Assembly (NCBI GenBank): GCA_965226585.1
Contig: OZ245366.1
Span: 32,001 to 96,000 of the forward strand
Direction of reading: 5' to 3'
DNA: 64,000 nucleotides
Source: Thermodesulfobacteriota bacterium
GTDB taxonomy: Bacteria > Desulfobacterota_D > UBA1144 > Nemesobacterales > Mycalebacteriaceae
The notes under the pieces are model-generated. The model was not told the origin of the DNA and did no database searches. It was given only the letters and a program-made list of their open reading frames with translations. Below are positions 58,616 through 64,000 of the stretch, in pieces; position 1 is the stretch's first letter; each line of letters begins with the position of its first letter. The position numbers were made by a program, and so were the translations under genes.

Positions 58616-61018
58616 ATGCCTTTGATTGAAGTAACCCTTCCCGGACTTGTTGAAGACAGCTTTCACTACTCCGTTCCGGAGGGGTTGAAAGACGGCGCGA
58701 AAATTGGAAAACGAGTTCTGGCTCCGCTGGGAAACCGGCGTACTATCGGGTTTGTAACAAAACTCTCACCAAAACCGCCCGAAGGCATCAAACTGCGCGA
58801 CATCATTGATGTGATTGACGACGAACCGCTTTTTGACGAAAAACGGCTGGAGTTTTTCAAATGGATAGCGGACTACTACATCTGCCCTCTGGGAGCCGTT
58901 CTGAAAGCCGCACACCCTTCCGGGCTCGGCAGTATGAGAGTGAAAAGAAAAGCGTCTCTCACCGACAACGGCAAAGACGCGCTTGAAAAAGGCGCGTTTA
59001 CACAAAGAGAAGAAACGGTGCTTCGCGCCCTCTCAACGGGAAATATGTCGCTTGAAAACCTTTTTGAGATTGCCCCGGGCGGCAACTTCGCGAAGGTCTA
59101 TTCGCTTGAAAGGAAAGGTCTCGTGGAAATTGAATACGAAGTCAAGCGCGGGGCGAAAATCCGCTACGAAACCCTCTACTCCGCAACCGCCGGAGCAAGC
59201 GCGCGAAGCGAAATATCAAACATGCCCGCAAAACGCGCCGTGGCGGAGTTTCTTGAGGAATACGGAAAAACATCGACTGAAAAAATAAAAAGCGTTCTGG
59301 GAAACTCATGCGCGCCGCATCTGAAATGGCTTGAGAAAAAGGAAATCATCACCGCAGAAAAAAAGGAAGTGGTTAGAGACCCGTTCGCAAATATCAAGGC
59401 AGACGGCAAACCGCCGCCCAAAATGACCGCCGAACAGAAAAAAGCGTTTTCAGAAATAAAAAAATCACTCGGCGAAAAAACCCCGCAACCCTTCCTGCTT
59501 CATGGCGTTACGGGAAGCGGCAAGACTGAGGTTTATTTGAAAACCATCGCTGAAGCGGGCGGACAGGCTCTTGTTATGGTGCCGGAAATCTCGCTCACTC
59601 CGCAACTGGTTCAAAGGTTCAGAAGCAGATTCGGAGACGCGGTTACGGTTATGCACAGCCTCCTCAGCGAGGGGGAAAGGTTTGACTCGTGGCGCAGAGT
59701 CAAAAGCGGCGAGGCAAAAATAGTTATCGGGGCGCGCTCGGCAATCTTCGCGCCGTTTTCAAACCTGCGCCTGATTGTTGTGGATGAGGAACACGAAAGA
59801 AGTTACAAACAGGAAGACAAACAGCCGTGCTATAACGGGCGCGACCTTGCGGTTGTGCTCGGACAAATGTGCGGATGCGCGGTTATTCTCGGCTCCGCCA
59901 CGCCATCTGTTGAGACATACCGGAACACGATAACGGGCAAATTCCGCTATATCTCAATGCCGCTGAGGATTGAAGGAAGCGCGCTTCCCGGCATTGAGAT
60001 TGTGAAGCAGGAAAAAACCGTTTTCTCGCGTCCCCTCAAACAGGCGCTGATTGAAAACAGCAAAAACGGCGGACAGGCAATTCTGTTTCTGAACAGAAGG
60101 GGCTTTTCCACCGCGCTTATCTGCGGCGGTTGCGGGGAACTGCTTTCGTGCCCGAACTGCAGTATATCGCTCACCTATCACAAAAAGGGCGATGTGGTGA
60201 AGTGCCACTACTGCGGACTGGATGAGAAGTTTGACGATACCTGCGGAAAATGCGGCGGGAAATTCAGACGGGCGGGCATGGGAACGCAGACGATTGAAGA
60301 TGAGGCGAAAAAAATTCTTCCCGAAGCGACTGTAGAGAGAATGGACAGCGACTCTGCAGGCGGAAAAACAAAACTGCTTGAACTCTACGGGAAACTTGAG
60401 AAGGGAAAGATAGATGTACTTGTGGGAACACAGATGGTTGCCAAAGGGCACGACCTTCCGGGAGTTACGCTTGTGGGAGTAATCGCGGCGGACACGTCTC
60501 TCGGTATGCCTGATTTTCGCGGCGGGGAGATAACTTTTCAGACTCTCACACAGGTATCGGGAAGAGCCGGAAGGGCATCGGCACCGGGAAAAGCGCTGAT
60601 ACAGACCTCAATGCCCGACCATCCGGCAATCAGGTACGCGGTTGCTCAAGACGCGGTCGCCTTTCTTAAAAGCGAGATTGAGTTCAGAAAAAACAGCAAA
60701 TGGCCTCCCTTTTGGCGGGTTTCCGCGCTCAGGTTTTCGGGCACGGATGAAAAACTTACGGGCGCGGCGGCGGAGCGCATACACGCGCTTGCGGTCAAAT
60801 CCTCGGCAGAGTTGAAATCCGGCGGCGTGGAAATAGTGGGCTGTTCCCCGTGCCCGGTTTACAGAATAAAAAACCGCTTCAGATGGCATATAATTATGCG
60901 GTCTGAAAGCCCCAAACTTCTGGGCGTTTTCACAAAGGCGTTAAAAGATGAGGCGGAAAGAACGGCTCCCCCGAAAACCCGCATCATTGCCGACATAGAC
61001 CCGATGAGTTTTCTTTGA
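58616..61018 (+). CDS. priA: Primosomal protein N' (replication restart helicase)
   Basis: GVTGSGKTEVY, VPEISLTPQ, DEEH, SATPS, four CxxC, GTQMVAKG, QVSGRAGR. Confidence 0.97.
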   Translation: MPLIEVTLPGLVEDSFHYSVPEGLKDGAKIGKRVLAPLGNRRTIGFVTKLSPKPPEGIKLRDIIDVIDDEPLFDEKRLEFFKWIADYYICPLGAVLKAAHPSGLGSMRVKRKASLTDNGKDALEKGAFTQREETVLRALSTGNMSLENLFEIAPGGNFAKVYSLERKGLVEIEYEVKRGAKIRYETLYSATAGASARSEISNMPAKRAVAEFLEEYGKTSTEKIKSVLGNSCAPHLKWLEKKEIITAEKKEVVRDPFANIKADGKPPPKMTAEQKKAFSEIKKSLGEKTPQPFLLHGVTGSGKTEVYLKTIAEAGGQALVMVPEISLTPQLVQRFRSRFGDAVTVMHSLLSEGERFDSWRRVKSGEAKIVIGARSAIFAPFSNLRLIVVDEEHERSYKQEDKQPCYNGRDLAVVLGQMCGCAVILGSATPSVETYRNTITGKFRYISMPLRIEGSALPGIEIVKQEKTVFSRPLKQALIENSKNGGQAILFLNRRGFSTALICGGCGELLSCPNCSISLTYHKKGDVVKCHYCGLDEKFDDTCGKCGGKFRRAGMGTQTIEDEAKKILPEATVERMDSDSAGGKTKLLELYGKLEKGKIDVLVGTQMVAKGHDLPGVTLVGVIAADTSLGMPDFRGGEITFQTLTQVSGRAGRASAPGKALIQTSMPDHPAIRYAVAQDAVAFLKSEIEFRKNSKWPPFWRVSALRFSGTDEKLTGAAAERIHALAVKSSAELKSGGVEIVGCSPCPVYRIKNRFRWHIIMRSESPKLLGVFTKALKDEAERTAPPKTRIIADIDPMSFL

Positions 61019-61037
61019 GGCGGCGGAAACTGCCCTT

Positions 61038-63821
61038 ATGACCGGAAACGGAATAAAAACAAAACTTGCTCCCGACCCTGAGTTTGCGGAACTCACGCTT
61101 GAAAGGTTTGAGAAAGCGCGGAAAAAAGCGTCTGACAAGGAAAAACGGACGATTTTTGAGATAGCGTCGCACAGCCGCTTCCTCGCCCGGGCGGCGGTGA
61201 GAGACCCCGCCCTCGCTTTATTCGCGCTGTCAAACAAAGCGAAAACCAAATCCGAGATGGGAAAAACGCTGTCATCTCTGAGTCGCGCGGCGGAGGATAC
61301 GGACGATTTTTTTAATGAAGTCAGGCGTTTCAAATACCGGCGGCTCGCGCAGATAGTGCACGAAGACATAAACGGAGACGATTTTACGGCAACAATGGCG
61401 GAGCTGTCAGACCTTGCGGAGGCAGTTATAGAGGCTTCCGTGGCGAGGATATCCGCGGAAACCGGCGCAGACGGCGCGGGGAAATTCTGCGTTCTGGGAA
61501 TGGGAAAACTCGCCGGAAGGCAACTCAACCTCAGTTCCGATGTTGACCTTATCTACGTTTACGAAGACAAGGGAGACGCACAGCCGTTTGTCAGACTTGC
61601 GCAAGACCTCACCGCGAGAATAGGCGGAAACACGGAGAACGGATTTCTCTACAGAGTTGACCTCGGACTGCGCCCCGGCGGAATGAAGGGGACAATTGCG
61701 ACTCACACCGAAGGGGTTCTTGAACACTACTTCTACAGGGGCGAAACATGGGAAAGAATCGCGCTGATGAAGGCGCGTCCGGTGGGCGGCGACAAGCGGC
61801 TCGGCAGGGAACTGCTTGCCAAACTGGAGCCGTTTATCTACGAACGTAGCAACGATTACAGCCTGATTGAAGACATGGCGGAGATGAAAAAGAAACTGTA
61901 CGGAATCCGCAAAGAGCGAGACGTTAAACTGGGCGCGGGGGGCATAAGAGAGATTGAGTTTTTCACCCAGACGCTTCAGATACTGAGCGGCGCGAGCAAA
62001 AATCTTAGAGACCCGAACACTTTGAGCGCACTGAAAAAACTGCTTCGCAGAAAAACCATACCGCCCGAAATCGCGGATGTTCTGGAGAAAAATTACATAT
62101 TTTTGAGAAAGGTTGAGCACAACATACAACTGGAAGAGGAGGCGCAGACCCATTCGGTTCCGGCTCCGTCTGAAAAACTTTCGCGCCTTGCCGCGCGCAC
62201 AGGTTTTGAGAGCGCGGAGGAGTTCAGCGAAAAACTTGAAGCGGTGATGAAAGAAACCGAAACCGTCTGCGGGGAACTTTTCAAAAGCCCTGAGAAAGAA
62301 ACCGAACCGAAACCCGCCGGACGCTGGGAGAAAGAAAGTGTGAAAATTACCGAGTTTCTCACAAGCGGCGATGTGGACAGAAAAACCGCGCTCCGCAGTC
62401 TTGAGTCTCTGGGCTTCAAAAACCCGGCAGACGCGCTTGAAATTATCGCAGACCTTGAATCCCCCGATGCCGGCGGAGGCGACCTTCGCGCGCGCGGACT
62501 TGTGAGAAAACTTATGGGAGTTCTTTTCAAACAGGCGTTCAAGGGCTCAAACGCAGACCTCGCGCTGATGAACCTCCAGCGCCTGATGACTCACCAGGAA
62601 TGGAAGATGTCCATCTATCCGCTCATCACCGCCGCTCCCGACACTCTGGAAATTTTCATAAAAATTATCGGCTGTGAAAGCCCCGTGAGTTCGTTTCTCG
62701 CGCACAACCCCTACTACATAAACTCGGTCGCTCTCAAAAGTTCGGGCAAACTCGGCGACAAGGATGAGATAGTCCGGTCGCTGTCAAAAAGCATGGCGCA
62801 ACAGCGCGACTACGAACAGAAACTGGAAACCCTGCGTCACTTCAAACACATTGAAACGCTAAAACTGTATGTCGCGGAGTTTGAGAAAAAGACCGATTTT
62901 CTCCGCACGGGCGGATACCTTTCCCTGCTCGCCTGCATTGTGCTTGAATCCGCCCTTGAGATGGCGCGGCGGCTTACGGGCGGCGTTTCAACCGCAAAAA
63001 CCTGCGTTCTGGGAATGGGGAAACTTGGCGGCGGAGAGCTGGGTTACTCTTCGGATCTGGACATCATCGTGATACACGAAGGCGATGAAACCGACAAATA
63101 CGTGCGACTCGCGCAAAAACTTATCGGCCTTGTTTCCGTACCCGACCGCTACGGGCATTTCTACGAAATAGACACGGCTTTGAGGCCGTCGGGCAATTCC
63201 GGCACGCTTGTAACGTCTTTTGAATCTTTCAAAAAATACAACGAAAACCCGGGCGGCGCGCGCCTGTGGGAGAGGCAGGCGCTTATAAAGGCATCTCACT
63301 GCGCGGGCGGGAAAAAACTGGGCGCAAAGGTTATGCGGGAGGTTGAAAGGTACGTGTATGAGATGCCGCTTGAGAAAAACTTTCACCGCGAGATAGATCA
63401 CCTGCGCAAACGGATGGAAAACGAACTCGCGCGGGAGGACGAAAACAACTTTGATTTGAAAAAAGGCATGGGCGGAATGGTGGATGTGGAGTTTCTTGTT
63501 CAGGCGCTTCAGTTGAAGCACGGCGGGGAAAAAAGCGGACTGAGAACCCCAAACACCGTTAAAGCCCTTGACCGTCTCACCGTTGAGGGGGTTATTGGAA
63601 AAAGGGAAAGTAAAACCCTGCGGGACGGTTATATTTTCCTCGGAACCCTCGCCGACTTGCAGGGAATTTTTAAGAAAGACAACGCAAGCAGGGTCAGCGC
63701 GCGCGATTTTGAAAGACTTTCAGGCGAATTCGAGCGCGTGTCCGGCGGAAAGAAATTGCGCGCAAAATACGTTTCGACAACCCGGGCGGTGCGTGAAATC
63801 TACGAAGGATTTTTTAATTGA
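61038..63821 (+). CDS. glnE: Glutamine synthetase adenylyltransferase/deadenylase
   Basis: Two nucleotidyltransferase domains (GMGKL.G..L..SSD.D, D..LRP.G, WER.AL.KA, K.G.GG...EF). Confidence 0.95.
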   Translation: MTGNGIKTKLAPDPEFAELTLERFEKARKKASDKEKRTIFEIASHSRFLARAAVRDPALALFALSNKAKTKSEMGKTLSSLSRAAEDTDDFFNEVRRFKYRRLAQIVHEDINGDDFTATMAELSDLAEAVIEASVARISAETGADGAGKFCVLGMGKLAGRQLNLSSDVDLIYVYEDKGDAQPFVRLAQDLTARIGGNTENGFLYRVDLGLRPGGMKGTIATHTEGVLEHYFYRGETWERIALMKARPVGGDKRLGRELLAKLEPFIYERSNDYSLIEDMAEMKKKLYGIRKERDVKLGAGGIREIEFFTQTLQILSGASKNLRDPNTLSALKKLLRRKTIPPEIADVLEKNYIFLRKVEHNIQLEEEAQTHSVPAPSEKLSRLAARTGFESAEEFSEKLEAVMKETETVCGELFKSPEKETEPKPAGRWEKESVKITEFLTSGDVDRKTALRSLESLGFKNPADALEIIADLESPDAGGGDLRARGLVRKLMGVLFKQAFKGSNADLALMNLQRLMTHQEWKMSIYPLITAAPDTLEIFIKIIGCESPVSSFLAHNPYYINSVALKSSGKLGDKDEIVRSLSKSMAQQRDYEQKLETLRHFKHIETLKLYVAEFEKKTDFLRTGGYLSLLACIVLESALEMARRLTGGVSTAKTCVLGMGKLGGGELGYSSDLDIIVIHEGDETDKYVRLAQKLIGLVSVPDRYGHFYEIDTALRPSGNSGTLVTSFESFKKYNENPGGARLWERQALIKASHCAGGKKLGAKVMREVERYVYEMPLEKNFHREIDHLRKRMENELAREDENNFDLKKGMGGMVDVEFLVQALQLKHGGEKSGLRTPNTVKALDRLTVEGVIGKRESKTLRDGYIFLGTLADLQGIFKKDNASRVSARDFERLSGEFERVSGGKKLRAKYVSTTRAVREIYEGFFN

Positions 63822-64000
63822 GCCCCGAACACGGCAAAAAAAGATGCGTTATTCTGCTCGCGGACGGCTCGCGCAGTGATGTTTTTGAGTATCTGCTGGA
63901 ACGCGGAAAGTTGAAAAATATATCCCGCCACATAGTTGAACCGGGCGCGTTTATTACCGCCGCTTCGGTTTTCCCCTCCACAACGGGACCCGCCTACACT
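63818..64000 (+). CDS. Alkaline phosphatase / type I phosphodiesterase family protein (5' part)
   Basis: TTG 63818: MSPEHGKKRCVILLADGSRSD...SVFPSTTGPAYT with DG and FPS.T.P motifs; runs off the window. Confidence 0.75.
   Translation, partial: MSPEHGKKRCVILLADGSRSDVFEYLLERGKLKNISRHIVEPGAFITAASVFPSTTGPAYT

Overview
A 64-kb bacterial chromosomal window of densely packed, mostly housekeeping genes (ispB, fbp, purC/purA, hisZ, serA, tatC, thyX, xseA, cca, the F0 genes atpZ-I-B-E after hemL, pcrA/uvrD, cysH, pyrE, priA, glnE). The split atp operon behind hemL suggests a deltaproteobacteria-like lineage (Dadabacteria is only a tentative guess). Accessory content includes a 3197-aa trimeric autotransporter adhesin, the 5' end of a second secreted repeat protein missing from the ORF track, a partial cobalamin cluster and two membrane glycosyltransferases. 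One of these fuses a polyprenol-phosphate sugar synthase to an STT3/AglB-like domain. Seven intergenic arrays of a ~76-bp CGTC/dRS3-like palindromic element (29 complete units by hand count) fill the first 32 kb. One array is bracketed by a 16-bp direct repeat, and others supply a stop codon or a Shine-Dalgarno to neighbouring genes. Other highlights are an unannotated cysteine-rich leader peptide with terminator-like hairpins upstream of the cysP-like/cysH genes (candidate cysteine attenuator), a catalytically degenerate sirtuin, a degenerate acyl-CoA synthetase and repeated signs of leaderless mRNAs. No CRISPR, rRNA, tRNA, transposase or integrase was recognised. All calls come from manual motif reading; no searches were run.
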